From Paramecium tetraurelia (Eukaryota), in the NCBI GenBank assembly GCA_000165425.1, contig CT868004.1:1-64000 (forward strand): a stretch of DNA of 64,000 nt, in the 5' to 3' direction. A model generated the notes under the pieces. The model did not search any database, had not been told where the DNA came from, and saw nothing but the letters and a program-made list of their open reading frames with translations. The translations under genes were made by a program, and so were the position numbers. This document shows, in pieces, positions 1 through 15,070 of this stretch (the first letter of the stretch is position 1; every line of letters begins with the position of its first letter).

Positions 1-3000
1 TCAGTAAATGTCAAAAAATATAATACTTTTATTTTATTAGCAAATAGTGTTAGCATAGCACAATTTGGGAATAATACTTAAATGTCCATTTCATTGAAGG
101 ATAGAGCAAATATTAGTATACATTTGGCCCTTATTACTGCAGGTTTGGCAAAAATTAAGGCGCTATTATAAATAGAGCATTAAGAACAAAACAGTATTAC
201 AATTCTTACAGTTTAAAAGTAGAAGGCTTGAGGTTTTTAAAACTAAAAAACATAGAACACAATAAAAAAAATATGTAATACATCCAGTGCATGTTGAGGA
301 GATGCAGCGTGTCGTGATGTACATGAGAACCTACGTTAAATTTAAACATTAAATAAATATACACAGCAACTCATCTATTTATGTATAGGTTATAATCAGT
401 TTTAAATACAAAATGCTTATGATCTAAATATAAGGACAATCTAGCAATAACAAAGAAACTTACAGCCTTTGTATTATTGATATTGAAAGTAAGAAGTAAG
501 GAAAATAAGATAATGTGCAAGAAGGAACAAGGGTAAACTCATTTTCTAGATGTAAGAAGAGCAGATATTATCAAGCGAATTCTGAATACATGATGTATGC
601 TAACATTAGCTATATATTCTCATTAGGTAGTTTAATATGCATTACAAGAATCCAGAATTTAAGTAAAATAAAGAACAACTTTGACAAGTTATAGTTGATG
701 ACTGGACGGGTAAGAGATGGTGTGTTTTGAGTAGGATTGGCGTTGAGTTCTTTAACTACACGCAAGAAGAGCAAAAGATGCAGTTAGGAGCAAAATTTTA
801 AGAAGACAGACCATGATTCAGTTCTAGTATGGCTATAAAATTATGGAGTGAACGCAATTACAAGATGCTGGAATTGTTTAAAGTTATATAAATATGACAT
901 ATTGAGTAGCTGTCATAATATAAATATGCTCTGAAGACACAAGTGGAGTTGGAAGTTTAACATTAATATAAAGATTAGTACTATTATTTGAGCAAATAAT
1001 GCAAGCACGCGAGTTGCATATTTACATTATGAAACTATACAAATACCTGGATCATTCTCTTTTCAAGGATATGTAAAATGAATTAGTTTGAGGGGCTGTA
1101 AAATGATATAATTAATGTTTGCATGATCTACTCAGTAAAAAGGTTATAGCAAGGATCGGTACATTTAGTAGAATCTAAATAAACAAAATTTATTTTTGTC
1201 ATCCTCAAAATGCCAAAAGTTAAACATTCATTTCAAGCTTTGCTTCAAGATTTGTTGCAAGCTGGATAGCAAATAGAAGAATGTTATACTACAGCAGAGC
1301 CACCAATTCATAATCAACAACGAGAATATTTATGATGACTTATCAAATGTATCAGGGATGCTAACAGAATAAATCCTCAGGTGTTTTGGAATACTTTTGG
1401 ATATGTATTGCTATTCTTAACAAAGTTTGTATGAATCCATCTGCAGATCAGCTGCTCCAATATCGTGAACGTATTTAGGCTGTGTAAGCTTCTCAATTTG
1501 AATTCTACCGTAACAAAAAGATGCAAAAATAAAGATATTCTGGGTGAAAAATATTGTCATAATAATCAAGAAGCTCATTAAGAATGAATTTTTTAGCAGT
1601 AGTGCATTAGTAAGTCTACTAACAAAATTTTAGTAGTATAGCATGGTATCAATTGTCAACATACTTAACACAAATTGTTGAGACAAGCAGCAATTTAAAC
1701 ATTACTACCTTCAAACATATTGATTACTTTTATCATCATCATAATTTATCATAGAAATTCCTAATTCCATTTTCCAATCTTGTAAGTTTAAATTGAAGAA
1801 CTCCAAATATATCTCGGGGAAGGCGGCCTTCGATGGACAGTATACACTTTTAAATATTGAATATTCTATTAATTTTTAAGGAATAGATGAATATTTTTCA
1901 ATTAAATGATGTAAATTTCTCGAAATATAGGAGAGTTTGGAAGCCATTTTGCCAAAAGTGATTAAATTCAAAAAAAGGTGAATCTTAATTTAAAAGAATA
2001 ATCTAAATTTTCTATTCAATTAGGGAAAGTTTCATAGTTTTTATAATCAACAAATTGGGGCGAAGCCCAGTAATTTTCAGAAAGATACTCACTTATTCTG
2101 AAAGTATTACGATGCAAAATCCAAACCAAAGCAAAGAGGTAAAATAGATATACAGTTTGCAGGAAGACAAGTATATGTTCATTAAACTGGCACACTCTTT
2201 TACCTCTGTTAAATCCTACAAGGAATAAAATAAGGGTTAGCATATTCAGATAACATAGAATTTATGTCTAATAAGCCTGATGAAGAACCAAATTCGCTTA
2301 TTAAGAGAGGCTATTTTTGAAATTGAAGCCTAATTGATAGTTTAGGTAGACCGGAGGGTCAACTTTAATAAAGAGTATTATGGGGATAATAAGTGATAAA
2401 AAATGGACATTCATCAGGATGCTTGAGGATTGGATGCTAAGTTACATGGAATGTATCAAATTTACCATTTATATTTATAAAATTATTTAAATGGAAATAT
2501 AAAATCAATAAAGGAAATTATTCTTTAAAAAAATAATAAAATCATGGCCAAAAGATACTTTACAAGGCATAGGGAAAAATTAGGTCTAGGGAATAACAAA
2601 AGTCAGGAGGAATCAATCTGAGAAGTCCTGAATCCTTATTGAGCACTATATGAGAAGGATCATAGATAAGAGACCTTAAGATGAGATGTTAGAATTTTAT
2701 TTTTAGTGGGATATGAATCGATGATGAGGAAAGAAATGTAGAAGGGATAAATTCAATCCTTTATCCCTTTTCATTAAGAGTCGAAATTACCAAGTCAAAA
2801 AAAATGTATCATAACTATTTTTAAATTCCTGAGAAATCTTAAATTGCAGTATTTTAATCTAGATATGGATTTGAGTAGAAAAATAACTCCATCTATTAAA
2901 AAGTCATAAAAATATATACAAGTAGATTGCCAGTACCATGATCAACAGCTTCCTAACTTTAATTGGTATTCTTACGATTTGGAGAGTATTTATCTAAACA

Positions 3001-3400
3001 ATCTGAACAAATATTGAATAAAGTAAGCGTAAACTCAGATTTACAGAAGTTTGTCTACTAAAGCATCGGCTATGATAAATTAATTAATTCCAAAAATGTG
3101 TAGTATCTTTGAAATGTGGATCCAAAATTAAGCCTTAAAGGCTTTATTGCTGCAAATTCTAAAGTTTTATCAAATTTTGGAGTTGAAAGCAAATTACCCA
3201 TTAGGAACAATTTTCATTATTAGAATAATAATAAGCAAAAGAAAAGCTATTTTGGAAATATCGTTTTATTTAAGTTGAATAAGAAGAGAAATTCAATATC
3301 ATTGAATGGTCAATATGCATTGCGATTATCTAGATGTGATTCTGATAGTCATTCTTTTTGATTATGGATGTTGGAATAAATGTTTTAAGTTTAAATGTAT
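1..3400 (+). pseudogene. Decayed remnant(s) of a large protein-coding gene, family not recognised
   Basis: Protein-like segments (e.g. YVIHPVHVEEMQRVVMYMRTYVKF near 273; QVIVDDWTGKRWCVLSRIGVEFFNYTQEEQK near 685) are broken by TGA stops and frame changes, and no clean ORF can be built even with tiny introns. Boundaries are approximate. Confidence 0.3.
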
Positions 3401-3599
3401 TTTCTAACAATTAGTTAATATAATTATCGTTCATTTCGAAAATTTAGAGCTCAGTAACGGATGCAATTATTTTATGAGTTCAAATTATAATTTTACAAAA
3501 TATTACTGGCTATACATAACTCATCAAAACTCTTTACACAATTAGGAAAATATTATGCTTATTATCTAACACAACATAAAAAGACTATTGTTGGATTTG

Positions 3600-6500
3600 G
3601 AAATTGAGATTAGGGCCTAAAAAATATCAAGATAAATAATAGATAAAACAAATGATATCAAACAGCTGAAAGTGATCATTTAAAAGAAGAAGTTTAAATA
3701 TTAGTAGCCTTAATAAATGGTATTTCAGGAATAACAGCAATAAAAGTAAATTACTAGAAAGCTTGGAGCTAATATATAAAAGGTTGCGCAATAAAGAACA
3801 TTAGGTACAATCTCTATAATAAACCACATTTTAGGGGGCTAGCCATCTAATATGATATACCTTCTCTATGATCAACGCTACCATTAATAGGTCAATAAAT
3901 TTAGTTAAAATTGAGATGAATATCACTGAGTTATTTCTTATAAGAAATGCTTGGATATTCTGTTTATTTGATAATATATTAAAACTACCAGTTTATAGTT
4001 TATGAAAGACAACGTTATTCTTACATCTTTTATTGTTATTATCCTAGGATGTTGTTTAATTAAACAAAATTAACTTTTCGCACTCAATAAACAAGTTTTC
4101 TATTTTTGCAAAATATGACATATTACTTAAAAAAATTGCAAAAATAAGTGATGTAATTTTAAATCTGGAATTGAAATCCAAATTCTACATTTATACTTTC
4201 AAAATAAATTATGATACATTTTTACAAAATAATTTAAATATGATTTCCATAATTTCTTTTGAGCTTTAAGGGATATAAACATTCTTATACATTTTGCCTT
4301 GTACCAGCTACATTCACTTTAATTATAACCATTTTATACTTTCAAGGGATATCGTATTTATAATAGAGATAGTAAACCTTCAAGTTTTGATTATGATGAC
4401 AATTTTAATTGAATTTGCAAATTTCTATCAACATTTTGAATTTGACAACTTGAATTTGTGTCATTACTATATTTGCTTAAGTTTACAAATAATATTTTGC
4501 CGCGTGATGCTTATATTTTCAGAAAGGTTATTTATCAGAGCCATCTTGTTAAGTTAAATTGCTCGATGTCTTGATAATTAACTTCTTGTAACAAAATTTG
4601 TTCTGAATTACAATTATCTTGGGGTTACTTTCAAATATTTGGAGGAAAATTGTTAATTCATAAAACTAGTACTGATGGTAATGCTTGCACAAGATCTTGA
4701 ATAGAATACAGTTAAACTATAGCTTAAACTGCTACACTTGACTTTTTGTTGGAAAAAAATTTCTAATTATGAATTAGTGATATTTGGAATGCAAATTGAT
4801 GAGCTACTTGTAATACTTTCCGTATAAATATATTTATGCAGTTTCATTCTAATAGTTCTGTTGTTGATTTTTATAATCTACTATACCAGTAAATAAAGCC
4901 CCAATGTTTGAAGTGCATTTTATTGCTTGATATATATAAATTTGATGTAACAGTAGATATTACATTAATACCTACTTTTTAGTCGGCACCCTCTGCATTC
5001 ATTTAATGTCTTAATAATTATGAGAACCTTTCATATTGCATATGTATTTAGTAATAACAAATCTAAATGACATCAAAACTTTTTAAATCAAAAATAAATT
5101 ATCTACTTGGATAATAAGAATGCAACCATAATTTTTACCATTTGTAAAGACCATGCTGTTTTAAATCTTAGTAATAATTATTGAGTGTTGGCTTGTGTTT
5201 AACTTTCTTTATTAATTTACAGCAGTATTGGCTTATTAGTTGTATTAGCTTTCTTTGAATTTGAGATGTCATATAGGTTTATTGTTACCTTTGTAATATT
5301 TGACTTAATAGGAGAGAGTGTTGATATTTTTACAGCTACAAAATCTTGACAGTAAGAATTATTTATTGATGCTCTTTTATAACTGTACAATTAGGTATTA
5401 TATGTTCTTTAACGTTAGTGTCCTAAGTTAATTTGATGATATCATCATTTAAAAGATTGCTCAAATGAACTGAAGTTGAAATACTTTTTACTCAAATATT
5501 ACTAATCTACTTTTATTGCCATAACAAAAATTTTCTTGAGCACTTTAATGGTGATTAAGATTATATCCTGTGAAGTGCGTTAGCTAGACACAGCATACAA
5601 TGGTGGCTAAATTTTAAATTGCAAAATCTAGCAACTTATATCTGTATATATATTAATTAAAAGCAAAGGATAATGTGGTAGTTTTTTTTTAACAGATAGA
5701 AAATCGATACGAGTAAATACGAATAAAATATTCATAAAATGTATTAATCTGAGTTTATCTATTCCAGCAAAATTGCTTCTACCTATCCAGATTGATCAAA
5801 AGACTTCTAAAACATAATAAATTTTAGTTGTGTTGAATCTTTTGTCCACAACACTCACTTATTACTTTACTCATCATTTTAGAAATGGTATAAATAACCC
5901 TTCTATTCAGATATTACATATGATAATCAAGTATTCAAGCTCTGGAGCTATACTAAGCACATTCTCTACAAAGCTTTATCATATACTGAAAAATACATTT
6001 GAGCGTATCTTAATTATCTTTATGTTGGGCAAAGCTGTAAAATTTAATTATATCACTTTTGAAGTGCCGCAGAAGTACATATTTAACAATTAAAATTTAA
6101 TTGATTAGTTAATAGCCGGGACTTAGTTTGAAAACTACAATATTGCTAGAGGAAAAAAATTTACTGCTCGATTCTATAGATATCCTAATTCAACCACTCA
6201 AAGTTATCAATAAACACACTCTTTTTTCAAATCATATGCCAGCTCTATTAGCTACTAGTACAAATCACAAAAGCATAAACGCTTCTTTTTACAAAGGCTA
6301 ATTGTTTCCAGAAAATCTCATTAATACTCGTATTTGATACAAGATATTTGTTAGGCAACTACAGAGTCTGGCTTGTATTAATAAATTCTAAATGCAACTT
6401 CTGATACCTTTACTGACTGTTATATGTTTACCCAATAATATGAGTAACATTGTTAAGACATTGCAAAATATGACTCATACACTGTGCAAAATTAAATGTA

Positions 6501-9500
6501 AAAGCTCTTGCATGAAAATGATTAACAATTTAGTATGTACATCATTTGCAAAATTTAGTAGCAGTTCATATTATACACTTTTCAGTACTTCAAGATAAGT
6601 AAAAGGTAATTTCAGCGAAAGGAAGATAATCGCTATTACTGACAAATAGACATTTTGTTAACATCAACGATTTGAACCTTTGGAAACTAAAAGACTATTT
6701 AAAATTATTAATCCACTTTCTAACGCAAATTTTTCATAACACTTTATGTGCATCAAGTGCAAAGTGTAATGTTATCGTATGGAATTTTACTTTCAAAAGA
6801 CTAATTGTGGCAGTTTTGTAATATTAGTAAATTAAGAAGAAGTCTAGACAGCGAGAAATGAAGACCCCAAGAACAAGAAATACTTTATTTAGGATCATAA
6901 ATAGAAATTTGGGAAATGCAAAGGATTTAAGCACCCTATCTTAATACTTTGAAGAGTTATTTGAACATCAACTTCTGCTTGGAGTTGATGTTTAATTTAA
7001 ATAAAATCAATCATAAAGAACAACATTTGTCCCATCCAATATTATTTTAATCAGATTACAGTTTTTACACAACACTATCCAAGTTTTCAGGAAATCATTC
7101 AACTTGATCTTAGTGGCTCGCAATTTTTATTTAACAATTGCTTGCTTCCAATGAAACAAGACTCTCGATTCACCATCGGTTGAGGATTACAATTTTTTAT
7201 TAAAGCCATCAATGTAATTTGTGTGTTAATAAAAGAATCAATAAGTTAGCAATGCTTTTGGGCTTAAGTGTATAAATATCAGTGCCTTGGTTTTTATTTG
7301 ATAATATCAAATAAACTCTTAAATATTGCCTTATGTGTTAAGACAGAGTCGCTCTTATATTAAGAGATTTCTTTTAATTCCGTTCTATAGGGCTAGAATT
7401 AGTTCGTCAAATTCTTGCTTACTTTATTCCTTTTCAGTATGAATTTCTCAGAATTATATTCTCTATGACAAGATGACTCCTAGTTGAGGAAATTTCATCA
7501 ATCCTCAAGGAAAAACTGGAATACTGAATTACTCAACTATTTTATCCTTTTAAGTAAGTAATTTTTAGACTAAATTAAATTGAGTTTATATGTAGAATTT
7601 ACTTTATAGAAAGATTATTATCATAGATTTGAATTAAACAGAAAAAATCTTGATGTACTTTTTTTTAATGCTATCATCTCCTTTATCAAACTTTAAACAG
7701 AAAAAGTAGTATAAGTAATGCAATATAATTTGATTAGCTGTGCAAATTAAAATTTTACATGATAAAAAGGCAAATATTAGTAAAATGAGCATAAAGGACA
7801 GATGCACTTAATTCAGTAGCTGGGGGGAATGTAAAAATTACTCAACGATTTATACATGTTGTGCATGAGGGTGATGATAAAAATTACTTGGAATACAAGA
7901 GAAAAGATTACAACATTTAATGTCTTAAGCTGGCGATGGTATATTAATACAGGAATAGAGGAAGCCTATCTGATATAGTATCACAGCACTACTACAGAAT
8001 TGATGTCATTTTGATGAAAAGATTCTTCAAGTTACACAAAGATTTGCGTTCCACAGCGCCTTACAACAAGTATTTCAGTTGCTAGGGAGAGCAATCTTAA
8101 ATCTTTACTGTTTTAGGATAGCATAACAATTTTTAAACATGTAGCCATCTGTGTATCCAAAACGCGACCATAAAATAGCTATTCCTAACTCTTATACTAG
8201 ATTTAGGTCAATTTACGATTATCAAGTTTTTAGTTGGAATCGTGCCTTAAACGATTGGAATACCTGAATAAAGAGTATTTGTCAGAAGGACTAATGCTAG
8301 AAAGTTTGCACAATTATTTAATCAAGTAGTGCATGCATTTAAATTATTTTGATATTATTCATATAGTACTAACTAGGTTCAGCATTTTATATGTATTACA
8401 AAAGGAGAAACAAGCATTTGTGTCAGTCTAATTTGGTCAATAATTTGAACATCAGTACATCACTTAAAGTATGCCAAAACAGCGTCTAATGTATAATGAT
8501 ATCAGTTCTAATATAATCTTCACAAGACATATTTAATAGGAACAATTTATAATGTTTGGTTTTCACATATTCTTCTCTCAGGGTTAGAGTTTTCGACCAA
8601 ATTAATTCTGCATCTATCTCTAGCCAAGTATTATGCACTTGATAAATAATTGTAGGCTGGCTAAGTAAGATTGCAGATTTTAAATTCCAATATGAATAAT
8701 ACAAATTTACACTATTTCCAAATTGCACTTGAATGAAATTGGTATCATTACTCATAGGAGTCTCTATTGTGAATTAATGGTTGTTTAGTGCACGTGTTAT
8801 GAGCAATACATATTCTCCTTCTTTGTGTATTTTGTCTGAGAAGTAGGTAACCAGCAACATCATGAAACTATTTCCATAACACTAAATAAATACTTTAGAA
8901 TACCAAAATTTTATACATTGAAAAGAGAGACTGACTGTAGAGGTCTTAGAGTTTGTTGAAGAATTATTTGAGCATTGATTCCAGTTCTATATAATTATAA
9001 TCCTGAAGAAAGGAGAACTTTACCCTTTCTAGTATCAGAAAATAAATTAATGTAAAGATCGCCATTTTATATACTTCAAATCTAGTATAATCTACAAATG
9101 GCAGAGCTTTTAGAACTAATTACAAAGAGAATTCAATTATGGCAGTATCGCAGAGTGGATGTAATAAATCCTCTGTATTTCTAAGTCAACATTACATGAA
9201 AATTCGCTGACCATTCCTTGATCGAATAATTTGAAAAGCAAGATTGACTTTTTAAGATGGTATCATAATGTTTGATGTTTAGCATATACGATTACCTAAA
9301 AAAGTACTTAACAAATAGTTGTTTTTAAGAATCTCCAACTTAAAATCTTAATTTACACTATCTTAGTACGCTCACCATGATGTAGGTTCTACTAATAAAT
9401 TGAAAGATCTACTTTGTATCTTTTTGTGATTGAATAACCTTGCATACAACATTTTACATTACACTGCGCATTATAAATTTAGCTAACTCCATCATAATAT

Positions 9501-10870
9501 TATTTCAAAGTTGTATATTTTTTAACCAAAACCAACTTATGTATTTAATAGGTATTAACCATATTAATGGCCTGGAATGTTAGAGATTACTCTCAGATGA
9601 CATAAATTTTGGCTTAACTGTTACCATAAATGAATTGCTAGTAGAACAACCTAATTATCATTTGAGAATACTAGATCTCATTATTGAGCAATAATGTTTC
9701 ACAAGGAGAGTCATCAGAGCATTTTGAATTGTTAAACAACAATTTATAATATTTGGTAATAGGCCATTAGTTTCTTCCATTTTAGCCACTACTTAATTAT
9801 ATATGGTTGACTTTTTACCGTTCCATACAAAAATTTATATCAAACGTTAGAAGTATCAGACAAGAACTCAAGTTTATCCTCATTTGTTTTCACTTGGTAT
9901 TAAAATTTGCATTACATTGCTAGTCATCAATCTGCAAATATGCAGAAATATGCAAAATAAATAAATCTTATATTTAATAAGGTCTATGAAAGAGACAAAG
10001 GTATCAAGACTAATTGATGTTGCAGCTCAAAATACCATAATGCTCATCTAAGTATCAGGTAAAGCTAACATGCATTACTAAATAAAGATAATAGCCACTA
10101 TGTGATGCTGAGCCAGCTGAAAAAAAGGTGGGACTCAACTGATGTCCAGTTTCTTGTTATCACTAAACAAGAGATGCATCCTTTTGTAATTTATATGGGT
10201 GTTAATTGAACAACTTAGTCATGTTTGTGAAACCTACTTTCGGGAACATCACTTAATTTGGGCACTACTTCAAATTTACTCAAGCGACAAGGCAATTTCA
10301 TGTAGTAGTTGATTAAGTTCAAAAGAAATAGTATTTCATATTCTAAGAACAAATCTTATCATACGTGGTTTAATTTATTCATTTATATGGTTCTAGTTCT
10401 ATTGATTGCACTTGGCATACAGCTTAACTTTATTTACACTCCGCTAATACAATTTCTCAGAGAATTTTAATTAAAGAAGCTTATTGATCAGGCTCTAAAT
10501 AGTAATGAGTCTTTTAATTAACTACCCAATTATTTATATCTTAAGGATCAGCTGCCAGTCGATGATATAATGTTGGTATCTTATGGGTAAAGTGAAATTA
10601 AAAAATTGAAAGCCATGTGGGTTTGGCTCGGAGTGAGTTTTTCGAATGGAATTATGAGTGATTTCATCTTATAGCTATTGAGGAGGCATCTCTCCTTTGG
10701 TTTAGGATGAAGCATAAGGAATGCTATACTTATAAAATTATTAACTGGTTGCGACTTAATGTCTATATCATTATTATTAATCCTAAAATACTGCTAAAAT
10801 ATTTTAATACCAAATGCAATATATGAAAATTAAGGATTACATTCAAATAATTTTGAAAATTTTCATTTTA
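3600..10870 (-). pseudogene. Degenerate large membrane/surface protein gene, possibly REJ/GAIN (PKD1-like) ciliate family
   Basis: Base skew favours the minus strand. Fragments read in order as Cys-containing N-terminus (KGCISCL, near 10170), beta-rich segments (IQVQFGNSVNLYYSY, near 8730), a weak W..GC motif (near 5130) and hydrophobic TM-like stretches (3600-3950), all interrupted by TGA stops and frameshifts. The family assignment is a weak inference. Confidence 0.3.
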
Positions 10871-11063
10871 TTCTACCTATTATATATATAAATAGTTTTT
10901 CAAATAGAAGGCAAAGGAATTTCTTTTTTTTTAGGGAGATTTCGAATTCTAATGGCTTTTAACACATAAAATCAAATGTTAAATAAAAAATAATAGAAAA
11001 AATAATAGGAAATAAAAGATGGAAAAAAAAGTTAGGATTTCAGAAATTTCAGAAATATTAAAT

Positions 11064-14000
11064 ATGAATGAAAATAAATATTTAACTTTAAAATACTAGA
11101 AAAGCAATTTTATGGATATTTCTATCTACAAGAGTTAATCTTCAGAACTAAACTTTCATATTCCATATCCTCTATTTTTTGGAAAAGCTAATATTTTCCT
11201 TTTCAAGTGGATTACTTAAATGAAGATTTTAATTACAAATATATTAGCTAAAATCTATTTGAGACTAGGTTAGAATTGGGTCTAAATAATTATAATGCAT
11301 TTTCCTGGTTTAAATTGAAGCATTCATTCTTTTAATCAAGAAATACAAGTTTTTCTCTAGAACAACTCTTGTGATTAATTTTGGAACCCCTCCAATGCTT
11401 TAATAATCACTTAGAATGTTTCTCTTAACAAAAGCGAGATGTGATTAGGGGCCTTTTAATGTGCTATACAAATTATGTTGCCTGTAATTAATGTGATGAA
11501 TCACAACTTAGGTCCTTCATTTAAACTGGCTCTACATCATGGCAACACTGTCATACTAGATTTTTCCTTCATAATAATCATGTTTATGTTGATTTTTGTG
11601 AATCTTACAAAAATTGTTGAGATCCTAGTCACTCATGTAAATATTTGTTAAATGCATTCCACTAGTGTCCCTACAATTCTAAAAGTCTTGTTCCTTGTGT
11701 TATATGCCAAAATAATGGAGATACTTTTTGACACATTCTTTTTCTACAATTTCATTTCATGTTAAAATTGTGAATATTATGCAGACGTATTAGCTGCTGA
11801 ATCAAGTTGTTGTGGAAATGACAATTCCAAAAATCTTCTTGGTTGTATATAATGTTAAACAACATCATGTCGGTTTTTGAACCCTCTGATACCTTATATG
11901 CATCATTTAACAATTAAGTGTATAACTTAACTACATCTATTCCTATCACAATATTTAATGTGGTTTTCCTTATAAAGAATGCTGTTCATACTTACCAAGT
12001 GGAAAAGTAGAGCACTTTAAAACAGGAGAAGTAGAACAATAAAGAATGCATTTATAACTACAGCCTACCACAATTAAATGATTGAACTTCTAGTTAATTT
12101 TCTGAATCTCAAGAAAACTTTCTTATACTGGCATTTGTCCTAAGGTATACAATTTATGTCAGTGTTATATTTCAAAATTAATTCTGTTGTTTATAGTATA
12201 GTGCAGCGCAAATCATATCAAAAATGCACCTGAGAATTGTAAGCAGTTTTTGCTTTATTGAACAAAGATCATTTGTAATTTGCCTAAATTACTTATAACA
12301 TTCATGTTTTCATGCCTATATTCTGCAGCTTGATTATCAATTGCTACTAAAACTTTCTTAATAATTTTATGAAACCTCCCAACATCCTCATGTTTATTCT
12401 TCATGTCCCACTTCATGTGAGTCTTTGAAACAACTCTGTAACTTAGTATTTGATTGAACTCATGAAATATTGATAATCATACATCTGATATTCAAGCTCT
12501 AGCATTCCAATTTTAATGCTTTGTGTAGTTGTTTATTACGTCTTGTTTATGTATCTCTCATTATTGTTTCAAGTTGCATTGAATATATGATATGCTACTT
12601 TTTAAAAAGGTTTCTCGTTTTCTGTAAAGCATACACAATTTTTCAGGCATCAGTTAATATGTGTTACAGTTTCCTCCTTTTGATGTACTTCATGTTCATA
12701 AGATGAATTACTATTTGTTTGTCTTTAAAAATACTTACAGAATAGCGATAATCAATTTTAGTTTATATAAATCTTTTTCAAACATGTTCAATTTTTGTTA
12801 AAGCAATTTACCCTACAATCAGGTAGCTTACTATTCTAAGTTTATTATTAATTTAGATCAACATACATGTAAGAGATGTATAATTATATGGATATATTTT
12901 AGATGATAGATGGCACTGTGTTGTTTGCAACTACTCTGCTACATGTGTTAAGGTACAGTTATTTTTTCAGATGTATTTTAGGTGTTATGTTACTTAGTTA
13001 CAAAGATGACCTCCTAAATTGTAATTATAGTAGAATTCTTGATACCGTTTTGATGCAATCGATAGCGTTGTAATTCCTTAAATATGTTTAAACTGTTTAT
13101 AAAAGCTAGCAATTTGAAATTCTTCCTTATTACGAATATGAAGTCACTTGAAGCAATTCTAGGAAAGTTTTTATAAATTGCCCTAGTAATTTAGTATACT
13201 AGAGATCAGCAAATGATCTAAAATAATAAATTAGATTCTTCAAATAAATTTCAGACTGTTTAGATGCATTTTTATTGTGATCTCATATAGGCAAATTGTT
13301 ATGCTCGGCTGCAAAGGGTCCTTCATCACCATTGTTATTTTTTGTCCTATTATATTAGCTGTTAGAGATGCATTACCTTCCTCTTGGAGTTGATCTCCTT
13401 TTAATTGACTCATCAAGAGTATAATTCACATGCTCTCCTAGCTTGTATTGCTTTCAGTTGCTTAATTTATGTATCAAATGTTTCTTGAAATAATTCAGTG
13501 AAAACTCTTTTGTTTAATACACCAACTAGATGTTCTAGTTGTACCTCTAATGGCTTCTTAGTCTAATTGTTAAAATAAATAATAAAATAATCTAACTAAT
13601 TAGTTAAGTGGTGCAAGTCATGAGAACACTAATTTTTTTTTTTTGCACTTAAATTAAGTCTATTAGAAATCTAACAGTTAATATAGAAATGTGTTTCTTG
13701 TCCCATATGATGATATGGTACGGCTGGCAGTTTAAGCGAATAAACTAATTAGACTTGTGATTAATTTTGGCATGCATTAGACTGTTAGGCTATACCAGTT
13801 GATGTATAGGCCTCCACACTTAAATTATGATTATGGGTGGATGCATCTACCCAGCATGTAAAAAATTTTATGATTCATCCCTTAATTCTCCTAGTTTTTC
13901 TTCAAGTTTTAACTTTATGTGCGTGCACATGAATACATTTTGATGCTAATTCAGTAATGAATAAGTATTTGAGTTGTTTTTATATGCCAACTGATATAAG

Positions 14001-15070
14001 CATACTTTTACTTGAGATCTTTGTTTATCTTTACAAAAAAATAAAACAGATATATGTGGTAGTAGTATATCATATGCTATTGGTTTAGGAGATTCAAGCT
14101 TAAAAGAGGTAGTGGAATTATTGAAAATAAATATGGTAATTGTTCAATAGTTGTGCCATATTTATATAGTCTATCTTACTTCAATATGGATAAACATGCA
14201 TACCTGTATTTAGTAAATAAATTAATGAGGAATTGAGAAATTTAGTTTGCAATGAAAAAATTGTAAGGTACTATTAATAGAAAATGAGCAACATGCGTAC
14301 TTGAGTCTCTCCACTTCTGCTATTGAATTTAATACCTTTACTACCTGTTAAGTTCAATTAATGGACATTTCTTATCTTTCTTCATAGAACGAGGGAAGGT
14401 TGTAGTCCAACTTTGACTCACTAAGCTAAATGTATCATAAATGCTACTTATGAACTCCATAACTCGGAGGAATATAGGCTTGAAAGTAGCGCTGCTTGAT
14501 AATTTTTCATCGCTGTGAAATATATCTGATGATTAAAATATATGCACTTTTTGCCCATTCTACAGTCCTTTGATATTAGGAATGCTTTAGTGTTAATATT
14601 TCTTATATATTGACTTTACTAATGAATTTTGCAGAGAACATTTAGCTCATGAATTCTGAATATTACTTTATACAACACCAGCACCTTCTAAATTACTTTA
14701 TGAACAATACTATTTTATGTTTCAGTTGTGAATGTTATGGAGCTGTATTTATTATCTGAATCATGTAGTTGCAAATATTTGATGAGACTTCAAAATTTTG
14801 TTGCTGCTGTTTAATTTTCTACTCCATTTGCTTCTAGTGATAACTCTAAATATATTGTGTTATAAAGGCACAGATCAACTTCTTTAATTGAAGATAGAAA
14901 ATTTTCATCGAATTTTCTACATAATCAGAAAGTTGAATGAACAGAAATATTAACAAAGAATAGTCTTTCAAAGATCATTTTGAAAGCAGGGTAAATGAAT
15001 AGTCAGTGATACACTTTGAAACACACCATCAAGCATATGGATCACCATTCTATGGTTGCTATAAAGATTT
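11064..15070 (+). pseudogene. Pseudogene of a cysteine-rich (furin-like / DUF4215-like repeat) surface protein
   Basis: Dense Cys codons in furin-like spacing (CYTNYVACNQCDE; CPYNSKSLVPCVICQ; CVSCP near 13690) and GSPFYGCY near 15040, resembling the ...PYDGCY end of ciliate Cys-rich repeats. Many in-frame TGA stops and frameshifts. Confidence 0.6.

Noticed and set aside
11064..15070. TGA recoding (Cys, Trp or Sec) rescuing the Cys-rich ORF
   Set aside because: Frameshifts are also present, and all intact genes in the window use TGA as stop; pseudogenisation explains the pattern better.
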